Shown: positions 25,350 through 38,403, counted from the whole stretch's first letter. The stretch: DNA of 60,624 bases, filler included, from Hausera hauseri (GCA_046269625.1; 10 parts of 10 records of this genome joined end to end with filler, not necessarily neighbours in it); one strand, 5' to 3'. A program made the numbers and translations. Notes: generated by a model not told the origin, from the sequence alone.

Positions 25350-25455
25350 TCGAAACGGCAATGACTTTAGCAGCTTGTTGGGGATTTTTAGAGATTGTGA
25401 TGTTATTAAACAGGTGTGGGGCAGATATTGAATTGGGTGCATCAACACCCCTTAT
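25350..25455 (+). pseudogene. Mask/ANKHD1/ANKRD17 ankyrin-repeat coding fragment
   Basis: ETAMTLAACWGFLEIVMLLNRCGADIELGASTPL matches the short Mask/ANKHD1 repeat (ETALTLACCGGF.EV...GADIELG.STPL). Confidence 0.8.
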
Positions 25456-25789
25456 NNNNNNNNNNNNNNNNNNNNNNNNNNNNNNNNNNNNNNNNNNNNT
25501 TAATTAATTAANNNNNNNNNNNNNNNNNNNNNNNNNNNNNNNNNNNNNNNNNNNNTTTTAAGTTCAGATGAGTAAGTTGACCCAAGGTTTTCTTGCACAC
25601 CGTTTTGTCGACTGTTGTATCCCTTCGGATTCTCGCACGATTGTAATAAGCAGTTTTTTCCACCAATCGCTCTTATTCTTCACGCGGGCACTACACTGTG
25701 GAACAGTCGGAACGTTGTCATTCGACTGGAATGTGAGTTCACCGAGTTCTTCATAACTATTTGATTTATCAAGATTTAATAACATTTTC

Positions 25790-26030
25790 ATCATCCGATC
25801 TCTCAGAAACCGCAGAATTAATATCATCTTTCAAGTCGTTAAATCACGATTCCCGAGGAACTCGCATAGAATTGATGTGCAACTGTAAAATTTCTGATTG
25901 GATTATACCCATTCGTAATTTACAAATCCATAAGTTCATTTCCTGTTCGGATGCGGCGGCGAATTTTAATTCCGGGACGGATTCAATTAATGGTTTCAAA
26001 TGAAACGCTCACTGTTATTTAGTAACTGAT
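25790..26030 (-). pseudogene. PH-domain C-terminal fragment
   Basis: AFHLKPLIESVPELKFAAASEQEMNLWICKL fits the PH beta7-helix with its conserved Trp. Stops nearby. Confidence 0.6.
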
Positions 26031-26349
26031 CGATAATCCACAGATATTATGGTTAGAATTCGAATCGAACAAATATTCGTGATAAACAGGTAACAAACAC
26101 TGCAAAACAAAGACCGATAATATCCAAATTAATAATAACCTTCAAATGCAAAAAGAATGAAAATGCATAAACCGATTAATACTGCCAAGTCAAAATAGAT
26201 TAAACAAAATTCTGTTCAAAAAAATACTCAGCGACAATATATAACAAAATGGAGGTCTGCAAATCAATTTCTTTTATTCAAATTTCAAAAAGTAAACATC
26301 ACTGTACAATATTAAAACGCTTTTTTGTTTTTTTTTAATTTGGGGTTAC

Positions 26350-27306
26350 TTGCATGTGAAACGGATGTCGGTAAATGACTCTTGTTCCAAAGGAATCTTG
26401 TTCACCTTCACTCCCGAACCATTCGTTTGTACAGATATCACAGGCATTTAAATGTTTTCCGATGCCGCAAATCATAATTTAGAATTATTTGATGGATCAG
26501 CAGAAAGCAATAAATTCCACGGATTTTCGTCATTTTCATGCATGGAGTGCATTCTACATAATCAACGGATCGCTCTAAATTTTTTACTACCGATAAAATT
26601 CCACAAATTTACTATGGATAATTCTTAGAGAGAATAAGCGGTGGGACATAATCAAACATATGATAATTCATTGAAAACCACTTTAGTTATTTGTAACAAT
26701 ATTAAAATGAGGTGGCACTGAGTCCGATTTGAAAATATTTAAATAGCAAAAAACAAGAATTTCATTGCCTTCCGTATATTTGGATACCAGAGCTTTGTCG
26801 TCTGACGAACGTTTCGTATACAATGTCACGGACGGTATAGTATCTGGCATCACTGCAAAATCGCACAATTCTTATAATTTCGCTCCATAAGGATTAAACC
26901 CGTACAATAATATGAATCTTGCATCATCTTTCGTACGTTTAAATGTCACGCGTAGCAGTATTGAATAGTTAGATGGCAATACAGGAACTCGGTTATCTCC
27001 TTGGAATACCTTGCCAGTATACGGTGAATATTTGAATAATGCATATAATTCATCATTAAAAATGTATACATAGAAATTATCTGGCCAGTGAGATTTTTCG
27101 ACCAAGTTTATATGGAACAGAACCCTATCGTTTGTTTGTAATTCGCTCATTGTTTTTCCATTTCTAATTTCATAACGCATTACAATCGTCGTGTCATTTT
27201 TGCATGTTAGATATGCACGAAGGTGTACAAAACTGCAGAAAAGCAGAAAACTGCTTATCATCGTTCTATATATAAACTGGTTTAACTGAATTCTGAAAAT
27301 TGCCAT
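26350..27306 (-). pseudogene. Signal-peptide protein with beta-rich, possibly Ig-like domains; disrupted
   Basis: MISSFLLFCSFVHLRA signal-like N-terminus. ORFs 27306-26872 and 26868-26683 are in frame across one TAA, with spaced Cys and Trp residues. Continues with frameshifts to a GT donor near 26350. Confidence 0.4.
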
Positions 27307-27580
27307 TATTTTACACTACTTTTCTTTTCATTTTTGATATGAATATTTTGACTGTCTTCTCGAAATTTCATGACATGAGAATAGGAACATACTGGAATGT
27401 TCAATTAATTAAGTTCAATAATGTCTGGGTAAAATTAAAATTGTTCGTAAAGTTACTTCTGAAACCCGTTTAAGCCAGAGCTGTTTGATTCTTTAATCAG
27501 AATTCTCTAGTCTTTATTATCACTGAATTGTCGTCAACTTCTCCATTTTGATCTCGACGTCAGTTGATTTCGGTTTTTAA

Positions 27581-27685
27581 TGTAGAAAATCGGGACTCGT
27601 CTATGTGCCCGACGCGTCGGCAGCAGAAAACCTGGCCGTGTCCAACCGAATGGGCCGGAGAGCAACGGTCGATGCGGGCGCCACC
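27581..27685 (-). repeat. 3' LTR (about 105 bp) of the contig F element
   Basis: On the minus strand it is preceded by a poly-G PPT (27684-27694) and ends in TACA. Homologous to 25246-25349. Confidence 0.75.
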
Positions 27686-30600
27686 CCCCCCCCCGGTGGG
27701 AAAGTTGAAACTATGCAGGATAAAAGAAAAAGAGAAAAAGGCGCAAAACGAAAAGTGTGTTAGCTGAGCTTAGTGTGTATAAGGCGTTGAATACCTGCGA
27801 CTGATTTTTCCCTACTATATTGGCTGAATGTGACTCTGCGTGTTGTGTGTTTGTGCAGTGTGTTTGTTTGCAGAGATTTATGTTGGGGAAAAATTGTTAG
27901 ATTTTAGTGTAGATGTTGTATCGTGCGAAGATGAATAGGAAGTTGAAGAAGGAAGAGTGATTGTTGAAGATGGAGGGTTAAAGGTATTGAAACGAGTAGT
28001 AGAAGACGAAGGAGTGATGACAGGTGTAGTGGTGGATAAAGGAAGAGAAGAAAAAGTTGGAGGAGAGATTGGAGTTGTGTTAAGTGAAAGAGTTGAAGAA
28101 GATGATGATACAGAAGGAGTGGTAGAGATAGGAAGAGTGGTAGGAATAGAAGGAGGAAATGTAAGAAATGATGAAGCAAGACTAGGCGTGGGAAGGGCAG
28201 GTGGAAATGGTATAGTAATAGATGTATGGATAGCAGGGAGTGGAGGAGTACGTAAAGAAGCTAGCGTGTCAGTTGGTAAGGTGTCGTCGACAAAGAAAGC
28301 TGGCTTTAGGTTAGTGATGTGTACTGTGAAGTCTTTACCGTCTTTGGAGATGATTGCATTATGCGAGTGTAGCTGTAACAGTTTGTAGGTACACAGATAC
28401 CGTGGCTGGAAACCGCAAGGAGCTTGATTCTTCAGCCATACGAATTTGGCCGTGTACAAATAATCGGGTAGTTATGTTTTATCTTTGTGAAGTATCCTGC
28501 AAAACGAATCCTTGCTGACATCGACGAAGTGATTTTGCGCCGCCCGTATCGTCTCATCTGTGGGAGTGTCGTCTAAGGCGGTTAATTCAAATAATGATCG
28601 GACAGGTGCTCCGAATAAGGCTTCAGTCGGTGAGCATCCTGTAGAAGTGGATGGAGTGTTCCGCCAGCCGAGCAGAACAAACGGAAGATTGGTCCAACTA
28701 CTGTTGGACTCTGCGAGAATGCGTAGTGATGTTTTCAGTGTGCGGTGGAAGCGTTTTAGGAGGTCGTTCGATTGGGGATGATAAGGTGTAGTATGTATGT
28801 GATGGATTCCCAATCGGTTAACAAGGGATTTGAACAGGTTGGATTCAAACTGTGGACCCTGGTCCGTGATGATGAAACGAGGTGATCCAAACCTGCTAAT
28901 CCATGTGCCAATGAAAACGTCAGCTATGGTGTCGGTGTTTGTGCTCCGCAGAGGGATGGCTTCTGGCCATCGCAAGGAACGGTACATCATGGTGAAGATG
29001 AATTAATGACCGTTGTCTGGAGGAAGACGGCCAACGATGTCGATATGCACGGACTCGAAACGCGATGTGCAGGGAAAGTGGCATAGTGGTGGCTTTAAAT
29101 ACTTAGCTGTTTGGTATTTTTGGCATGCCACAACCTTAACCCATGCCTGCACATCAGAATGCATTGACGGCCATATTACCTGTGGGTGGAGAAGACGAAA
29201 AGTGGCTTTAGCACCAGGATGGTGTAATGAATGCACGTGGTGAAATGCTTGCCTTTGCAATGAAGGTGTTAGAATTATTACTGAATGGCCTAATTTGGAC
29301 GTGTCCAAAGCCACTCAGTCAACGATTGTGCAAGATTTAAAAGACTTAAGCATGTCTTGAGGTGGCTGGTTCTGTCGAAGTTGTTCTTGCGTAAAAATCG
29401 GAGAAAAATTAATAGAACTAACCGACTTAGATAAAAAATCAGCAAACAATTGTTAACCCCACTGATATGTTTAATATCAAAATTAAATGTCGACAAGTAT
29501 GATATTTGCCGTTCTTTGCGTGTGGAAGGGTGTTTCATGGCCATGATGTTAAGTAAAGGCTTATGATCTGTTTGTAGAGTAAAATGACGAGCTACAAGTA
29601 GGTGCGAAAAGTGCTTTAAGGCGAGAACGATTGCTAATAGTTCTCGATCAAACGTGGAATATCGGGTTTCAGGTACGGTTAGTTTTCGAGAGAAAAATTC
29701 CAATGGTTGGTTTTCTCCCTTGTAGATATGGTAGAGTACAGCGCCTACAGCAGTTATTGATGCGTCAGTGGTGAGGATGAGCTCTGCATCAGGCTTGGGA
29801 AAAGAAAAATATCTACAGTATTGATGCCTTCGCGTAGCCTGTCGAAATTGTCAACCAGGTCATGTGTCCACTGGATTGGCTGATGTTTTTTGCCGCCGCT
29901 TAGGTGTGCAAATGGAGCTGTTAATTTCAAGCAATATGGTACATATTTATGCACAAAGTGTAGTGTGCCAAGGAAGCTACGCATTTCGGTGGTTGTACGT
30001 AGCAATTGGATGTTTTTAAGGGCTTCGACTCGGTCTGACTGGGGAGAATGACCGTCTGGTGTGATAACGTGGCCTAAGAAGTTAATTGGTTTTTTGAAAA
30101 AGCCACATTTGTCGAAGTTAATCTGGAGATTATGGTGGTGAAGAAGTTGGAATATTGAGCGAAGATGTTCTTTATGCTGTTTTGCAGAAGATAAAACGAC
30201 TAAAATATCGTCGATATAAGGGTGTGCAAACGAGAAATCGGAAAGAATGGAATCGATGTGTCGCTGAAAGGTTTGTGCGGCATTTCGTAAACCGAATAGC
30301 ATAAATAGATATTCGTAGAGACCAAACGGAGTAGTTACTGCGGTTTTTTCGATGTCTTCAGGTGCTACCGGTATTTTATGGTAGGCTTTAGCTAAATCAA
30401 TGGTTAAATAGATGGTGTTGGAATTAAGGCGATGTAAGATATCCTTGATGAGTGGTAAAGGGTACGCATCCATGATTGTCAAGTTGTTTAGCTCTCGGTA
30501 GTCACCTCATGGTTGAAAAGTACCGTCTTTTTTGTACCACGTGTAAAGGTGATGACCAAGGAGATTTGGAACGACGTATTATGCCGGAGCGTTCTAGTTC

Positions 30601-32248
30601 GAGAAATTTGGCTTCTACGGCCTGTCTACGGCGAACTGACAGAGGCCGTACCTTTTGGCGTAATGGACGTTGATGCTGTGTGACTATATGGTGTAGGGTG
30701 CTGTTGGCAGAAGTAAAAGTACGATCTTTTTTAAGTACACGTGGATAAGATTTGTTAATGAATTGCTGTAATGTTGTAGGTAGCTGTGATAGATTCGGTG
30801 AAAGTGGATGAACGGTTTGAGTGGTAGCGGATGCGATATGTGAGTGGTTAAATGACGTGCAGTTAAGTGGTATTTGGTGTAAGATAATTGAATTGAAAAT
30901 AGTGTTGGCTGAGGTATTTTCGTCGAATGAGTTAGCGTTGGTGGCAGTACCACACTTATCGACATCAAATCTCGATCGTATATCAGTGTTATTGTTTAAA
31001 AATTTCCGAACTGAATTATTATTATGAAAATTCGAATTATTGTTATAAAAAATCGAATTATTCGCAGACTTTTTTAAGATTGACTTTCGCCCCACGGTCG
31101 ACTGCGCGGTAGTCAAAATGCTATTTACATGATCAGAAATGTCGCCAACGGTGCCTCTCCTCAAACATCGCTGGCTGCAGTCTACTAGTAGGTTATAGTG
31201 TGAGAGGAAGTCAGGTCCTAGGACTGCCGACTGGACGTTAGCGACTGTAAACGACCAGCGGAAAGATGTAGAGAAAGCAGGCAAAGTGAAAAATAATGTA
31301 GACGTGCTCGAGATGTGCAGCGGCTGGCCTGAAGCAATAAATAAAGGCTTAAGTTTGGATGGAGAGTTTTGTGTAGGAAAGGTTTGCGGTAATAGAGAGA
31401 TTGCGGCCCCTGTATCAATAAGGAAGTCAAGAGATTGAGTTGTAGAGGCAGTGATTGCTGCCTTTAGAGGAAAGACAGCAAAGGAAACATGTCGGCGTTT
31501 AGAATGTAAAAGAGTGCCTTTGCTAAAATCTGCCGTGACTTCTGGCGGCGAACTTAGTTTTTTTGAAAGGGTGAGTTAGGACGACTGTGAGAAGTGAAGG
31601 CAGTACGTCCGTCGTTCGTGTTAGATTTGAAGGTACAGCCAAGTGTATATTTACGTGCTTGATTTTTGAATCTCGCATGATAAATGCAAACCACGGTGTC
31701 CGAGGAAAACTTCTGGTTATAAAATTGGCAACCTAGGCAGCATTTCTGAGCATTAGTGTTGTATCTGCTGTGGCACTAGCAGATCGACGAACGCGCAGGC
31801 GATGGGGAGCGGTTTCGTGACGTAGAACGGGTACGGGAGGCGGCAAAACCCCCTCGTTGGGACAAAGACAATTCATTTAGTTTATTATTTATGTTGTTGA
31901 TAGTTGCCTGCAATGCAATATTTTTAGCACGTAGCTGATTTATCTGCCGTTCTATGGGAGTGTTAGTTGTTTGTATGTCGTTAGCAGCAACTGCTGCTGA
32001 AACCACGGGTTGTGAATTTATGTTTAGGACGTCGTATGTCCTATCGGCCAATTCGGCCAATTTTTCAAGCGGCGTGGAGTCGCCCACCACGGTAGGAAGG
32101 CTCCGGATTTGGATAGGTAGGGCGTTCATAAAGTAATGACGTAGAAGATCCGGGTTATGTTCCCTAGTGACGCCAAGAGTACGCAAGTGTGCTAATGAAG
32201 TACGTAAGAAGTCACTGGGTTTTTGCGTGCCCAGTGCATTTTCGTTAA
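27686..32248 (-). mobile_element. Ty3/gypsy element, near-complete gag-PR-RT-RH-IN; same family as contig E
   Basis: Gag 32248-31560, protease FLIDTGAAISL near 31400-31430, RT YPLP/DLAKAYH/YIDD, RNase H DRELLA/TDHKPL, integrase HIDIVG/TDQGPQFES/YHPQSN and an S/T/P-rich tail. The 5' end is cut by the contig edge. Confidence 0.95.
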
Positions 32249-32348
32249 NNNNNNNNNNNNNNNNNNNNNNNNNNNNNNNNNNNNNNNNNNNNTTAATTAA
32301 TTAANNNNNNNNNNNNNNNNNNNNNNNNNNNNNNNNNNNNNNNNNNNN

Positions 32349-33253
32349 GTCTTTCTAACATTTCGTATACTGTAAATCCGGTCACAATGAATTTATACAA
32401 GCAATGGTTTATATCTTCTTGGACTTCTATGAAATCTTTGTCCTTTTCGAGTTGTAACTTTGTGATTCCTGTAACATCGGGAAACGTATCTTTTACTTTA
32501 GTTCTAGGTGCAATTATTTTGTCTATAATCTCTTCTACATTTGTGCTTCGGATAGAGACTTCAATTGGGGTGTTACATCCATCGACCTTTTCCCCATAGT
32601 TTACGTCTAGAATTTGAGTATTCCTCCGTCTGGAACTAGCCTGAATGATTCTCCATTTCGTTCTATCTCATCCTCGGAGTGCTTCTGTATACACAATATA
32701 GGTGATAGTGGCCTCATCACTTCTGTTCGTAGGGTTAACTCGAACATAAGCTTGGTTGGATGTTCTGCGATTCTGAACTCCAAAGCGTAATTCATGAGTC
32801 TATAGCAACATAGCTCATATGTACTAAATTTCCATTGTTGCCCCTTCTAAGTACTACAGGATTGTCCTACGATTCTGTATTGTATTTCTCCATCAGCGAC
32901 ATGTACGTACAATTGCTGATGCGTTGGCTCATATGGAATCATGTCTCTTAATAGGTATGCTCGTGCATCTTTTGGGCTTCGCATTGCGTATAATCGGATT
33001 AGTCGATTTTCCTCTGTGCCCCCTTTCAATCTATTTGGTATCTTGTTTTCCTGATTGATTCCTACATAAGTTTTATTTTCCAGATTTGCTTCAATCTGGC
33101 GATATAAGCTTTTGGTTGTTGGTTTGAGAACTGTTACATGTTGCTGCAGGAAGTCGTCGATATCGTAATTGAGACTGTGCTAAGTTCTTCGCCTTTTCGG
33201 CCATACTTACTCTGCTGAAATAAAGATAAAGATCACTCCTAAGACATCATCAT
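32349..33253 (-). pseudogene. Accessory ORF with signal-peptide-like start, function unknown
   Basis: MMM / LGVIFIFISAE hydrophobic start, basic KRRR, then a long frame with scattered stops that includes ORFs 33029-32847 and 32795-32607. Confidence 0.45.
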
Positions 33254-33358
33254 TTTGAAACAAAACATTTTCGCTATCTGATGATAGGATAAGCCGATCT
33301 CTAATTGTCATGTTATGTTATCATAAAGTCCGTCTTGGTACCCTTTTACTTTTTACCT

Positions 33359-34610
33359 TTATTGATTTTGACACCGTTTATTATAGTTTTTGGAAACTAA
33401 GAAAATCGTCGCTGTTAATATGACAAGAACGAAAACTGACAAACTGAAGATAGCTATTATCGGCAAGTTATTCGGTTCAATAGAATTTTCCGTAGTAATT
33501 GTATTTTGGGTACTGGTATCCTTCATTGTCAAGGGTTCGTACTGTAAGAGTTTTATGTCTCCTACCTAGTGCGGTAATTTTAGTCACATAATCGTTTTGT
33601 GGTCGTAGGGATTTGCATTCATTTTTTGTGGTTATTTTTCCTTAAGATTACAGTTTGACTAGTATATAAAGTACGACATTCAATTTTAATTTTATAATCT
33701 ACTGTTTCTTCAACATAAAATACAATCTTATTAGGCCGCGCCAAAATTCTAACATGTATGTTTTCCAGTTCTTTCTCGGGCATTTTACTCGAAGTGACAA
33801 TATTAGTAATGAGAATTGTACTTGGAATGGTAGACTGCCTTCTCGTAGTCGTTGGGAGCGAGAGTTCCCATATTGCGATTTTGGGCGATATCCCCTCAGA
33901 TAAGTACTTGGCTTGTTTGGGTAAATATTATACAGATCAAATTGTAATTGATAGTTGTGTCCGAGCGGTAATCTGCAGCATGTAGTGGATCGTCATCGTG
34001 CAATAAAACAGTGTTCCGTAGGGGGAGTCGAGGTGCCTAGTGGTATAAATCGAATAGAAATTTGTCTGTCTCCTGGCAGCTCTATTTTGGATTTAATTCG
34101 AATACATTGGTTCTGGAAGTCTTTGGAGATTTCATTAATGTTATAATCGAGAAGTCTTTTAAATGGATCGGTATTTCGGACTATTTTGTCCGTCTAGGCT
34201 TGGTTTGTGCCGTTACGTTCAGATATTTTTATTTCAAGTTCGGTAATTATATAGGCTTGGGCTCCAGGTAGATTATAGTAAAACATTTGAAACTTGTATC
34301 GATATGTTCGTTCAAACTCTAAGTCACAACATTTCTTATGGGCTCCATACGAAAAATCACACGTCTTCATCTCGATACCAATTTTATTCATAAATATTAT
34401 TTGAAACTTTACGTGGTACTGAACTAGATCGTTTGCCTTGAACCAGGCACAGGATTTGCTCCAATCCATATCGTATACTCTGAGAGACTGCAGGTTTTGG
34501 ATATCTCTCCATCTTGCCGCATATTGTTGCTTTTCGGTCAGAGTTATTGATCCGATTTTCGGTATGTACGAAGCTATTAACGATAGAGCAAGAACTATTT
34601 GTACATAGGA
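33359..34610 (-). pseudogene. Type I membrane protein fused downstream of integrase
   Basis: Hydrophobic YVQIVLALSLIASYI is in frame with the integrase tail. Two related C..C..CCxL...Y...F domains, a Thr/Ser-rich stretch, TM LPIIAIFSLSVFVLVILTATIFLV and a short tail follow. Confidence 0.6.
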
Positions 34611-34679
34611 TACCGGTCTTGTTACTATCGACGATGTTTTCTTCTCTCTCTTGGTTTGTCTCGGATTTTCTTTACTTGA

Positions 34680-35998
34680 ACGCAAATTATAGCGTTTAAT
34701 TGGCCTTATTTCCGTTTTGACCGCTCTCTGTATGGATACGACCTCTTCTTTGTCATTTTTATTAATATAGACTGTAGTTGGTATGGTTCTGATAATCTCG
34801 TAAGGTCCTCTGCCGGTACGAGTGAGTTTTAAAGATGTGCCTTTCTTCGCAACCGGATAATGCACATAAACTCCATTTCCTTTCTCCAGGTCATGTGGTT
34901 TAGCCTTCTTATCATATTGCCTTTTAAATTGCTCTTGATATTCTTTGGACAATTCTTTGGCTATTTCCCAACATTTGTGTAGCCTCGTCTGCAATACTTC
35001 AGTGAAATATTGTTCTAGATCATCTGTTTTCACTGTATACGGTATCGTTCCTAAGTCTGTGGGTAGTACAGCTTCTCTACCATACATCATAAAAATGGAG
35101 TAAATCCTGTTGCAGGATGTGTTGTAGTGTTTATGGCAAACTGTGTACCTTCTAAAAATTCATTCCAATCTTTCTGGTTTTTCGCAACTACTGTTAATAA
35201 GATTCGTATAACGATCGCGTTCGTCCGTTCGACCATTCCGTTACATTGCGGGTGGTAAACCGTTGCGGTTAATCGTTCAATTTCAGATATTTTGGTAATC
35301 GTTTCGAATAGTTCACTCGTAAAGTTCCTTTCTCGGTCTGTCAGAATTTGTTCAAAAGGTTCGCACCTGCATATTATTTTCCTTACTACGGCCTCTGCCA
35401 GAGTCTCAGCCTTTTGGTCCACTAATGCCATCATTTCAACGAAATGATTTAATCTATCTATACATGTCAGAATGTACTTTTTATTTTTATGAGTTGTAGG
35501 TAACGGATCTACAATATCCATTGACATCGCTTGCATTGGTCTATCCGGCTCATTTATTGGTTTAAGTTCGGAGATGTAGTTTTCGATTTTTTTCAGTTTG
35601 GTTGCGCATACTTCGCAGGCGCTTACCCAATTATTTACACTAATATATATGCTTGGCCAATAATACTTATTTAATATCCTTTCTAATGTTTTCTTCCATG
35701 ACATGTGTCCAGCTAAGTATGAGTCATGTTTGGCCATTAGTATTTCCATGCGTAATCCCTTCGTTATGACTACCAACTTCCGTCCTTTTCGCTCATAATA
35801 CAGTACATTTTCATGGCTCGCGTCTCTTGTTACGGAGTATTTGTGACCATATTTTTGCAAATGTTTCCGTAATTGGTGTCCTTTTAGTGTTATTTCTTTT
35901 TCTACGAACTCAATGATTTGTTGTATAACCTTGTCCTTCCTCTGCTCAACAGAAATTTTAATCGCTTTATCCAACGCTAGAGCTCGTTGTCTGTCCAT
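34680..35998 (-). pseudogene. Integrase
   Basis: HDSYLAGH...CEVC zinc finger, SMDIVDPLP, LTDRERNFTS, YHPQCNGMVER and GPY module (GRGPYEI). Confidence 0.95.
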
Positions 35999-36010
35999 CA
36001 GTTCTTTAAG

Positions 36011-37330
36011 CTATGCTTTTCTCGTTATAGTAATTTTGCTCGTTTTAGTTTTATGCCTTGATAGTGCATCTGCATCGACATGTTTGCTTCCGGGTTTGTA
36101 TTGAAATTCAATGTTATACCATGAGATCTCTTCGATCCATCGATTGAGTCTATATGTTGGGTTATTTTCTCTACATTTCAAAGTTGTAACCGCTTTGTGA
36201 TTTGTAACAATTATAATTTTCTGACCGTAGACGTATACATTAAAGTGTAGTAGAGCTTCTTTTACAGCTAACGTTTCTAGTTCGGTGATCGAGTAATTCT
36301 TTTTGGACTTCTTTAGTGACCGTCCTCCATATGCGATTGGATGTTCTAGTTCTTCATCCTCTCGTTTTTGAGCTAAATCATACCCAATGCCTTCTTTGCT
36401 GACACCTGTTTTAATTATAAACGGCAGGTTAAAATCAGGATATCTTAAAACAGATTCGCTAGTTAAGATTTTCTTCATTTCTTCGAATGCTCTTTGTTTT
36501 ATGTCCGTCTATTTCCATTTGATTCCCTTTTTAAGTAATTGGTATGAAGGTACATTTATTTTTGAATTATCCGGTACGTAAGTGGCGTAATATCCACATA
36601 AACCTAATCAATGCCTCAGCTCCTTTTGGTTCTGGGGTTCCATACAATCCGATATCTTACTTAGCAATGATTTATCCTGTTTCGATCCGCCTTCTCCAAA
36701 TATATGTCCGAGATAGGAAACAGCGTTTTGGGCCCATTTACATTTCTTCGGATTCAATTTCAGTTCAGCTTGCTCCAACCTCATGAGCGTATACTCAATA
36801 TCCTTTAAATGCTCTTCTTCTGTTTTCGATGCAGTCATTACGTCGTCCAGGTACATAAACGCGTGTTTCAGTCCCATTAGCATCTTGTTCATCATTCGAG
36901 TAAAGATGGCTGGTCCAGTAGTTATTCCGAATGGCATGACATTGAATTCATATACACCATCGTGTGTTTTGAACGCATTTTTGTAACGACCTTCTTCTTC
37001 TATTTCTACTTGCCAATATCCTGATTGTAGATTGAGCGTGGTAAACCATTTGGCTCCGGAAAGTCTATCTAGGGCTTCTTTTACCGATGGCAGTGGGAAA
37101 GAATTTTTCATCATAAGTGTGTTTAATGCTCGATAGTCAATACAAAATCGGTGCTTTGTAGTACCTTTCTTCTTAACCATGAGTATAGGTGAGTACCAAA
37201 ATCTATAGTTTGGTTTAATTATGTCGGCCTTTAACATTTGTTTGACTTCTTTTGTTATCTCAGGCCTTAATGAGTGGAGGTAGGATACCGTTTTGGCATC
37301 TTTTAATCTTCTAAGTCTATTTTGTCATTG
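36011..37330 (-). pseudogene. Reverse transcriptase and RNase H
   Basis: YLDD at 36842-36853. RNase H NYSITELETLAV, TNHKA and HVDADALSR. Confidence 0.95.
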
Positions 37331-37494
37331 GATCCCGGCTTTTTCTTAAGTGGAATTGTTAGACTCAACGCTTTTGCTCTGCCTATGCCTTCTTCATCTT
37401 TTGCGATGACTGAGCTATAATGACAAAGTAACCGTTAAAATCGGCAGTATGCTTCTGGTGAAAATTTAGTTTCAACGTGCGGTGGGAATTCGGC

Positions 37495-38394
37495 TCACTT
37501 GTACGGTTTTTCTTTAACGATTATTGATGATACTCCATATATGTGACCTAGGGTGGTATTGGCATACAATTTGATCGGAGTTGGTGCATTATGGGCTATT
37601 CTAATGGGCACACGGCCCGTCGATACCCTTGTTAATACGTTATTGAGCACGATGTTTGGGTCTAATGATTCCTCGGGTTCAAAATACACTGGCTGGTCGT
37701 CGTATTGACTTATTTTGACATATATTAGTACCTTGATTCTCGGCGAAATATTCTCGTCCACTGGAATCCATACTTCCCCGAATTGCCTATCTTTAGTGGT
37801 TTTGACTCCTTTTATCGGGCCGAGTTCTATTAATTTCCCCGCATGGAAGTCTATCGGAGTATTGGGTAATTGTCTCAACAGATCGCATCATAGGACTACA
37901 TCATATGTTAATTGCTCCGTTACTGAAAATTTGTGACGAAATGATTGTCTCATTATGTGGATTTCTGGTTTCCATCGGAATTTGCTTTTCGATGACTGTC
38001 CGAAAACTCCAATACTCTCGGGATCTGTTGTCGGAGGTGGGTATAAATGTTTCCTTAGAAACTGCGGTATCGAATCGTGCTTAATCAGTGATATATCGGA
38101 TCCCGTGTCTATTAGTGCATAGAATTCCCAATCTTCCAACTGAATTTTCGCGAAGGGTCTACCTTCGATTACCGTGCCATAGTGATTTGGTGCTATTTTT
38201 GGGCCTTGGATCCCTGTCACCTTATAACCATTAATTCTAACTTTAGTAGTTGCAGCTGGCTGGTCGATCAGCTGTCTTAGCTCTGCGTTAGGGTACATTT
38301 CATTGTTCCTGCAATTAACGTCTCCCGTTTCTTGACTTCTAATTGGCGGCTGTATTTCCCGGTCTCCAAAATTCCGCACCTCATGGTCTCTCAA
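37495..38394 (-). pseudogene. Aspartic protease and post-protease region
   Basis: ALIDTGSDISLI (DTG at 38101-38109). The VL*CDLL segment corresponds to the usual ILGxDFL motif with a premature stop. Confidence 0.9.
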
Positions 38395-38403
38395 AAATGT
38401 TGA

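Noticed and set aside
36011-37330. Contig G as a BEL/Pao element like the known chuvirus-glycoprotein carriers
   Set aside because: RT, RNase H and integrase motifs (CIDYRALN, SGYWQV, YLDD, YHPQCNG, GPY) are Ty3/gypsy-type.
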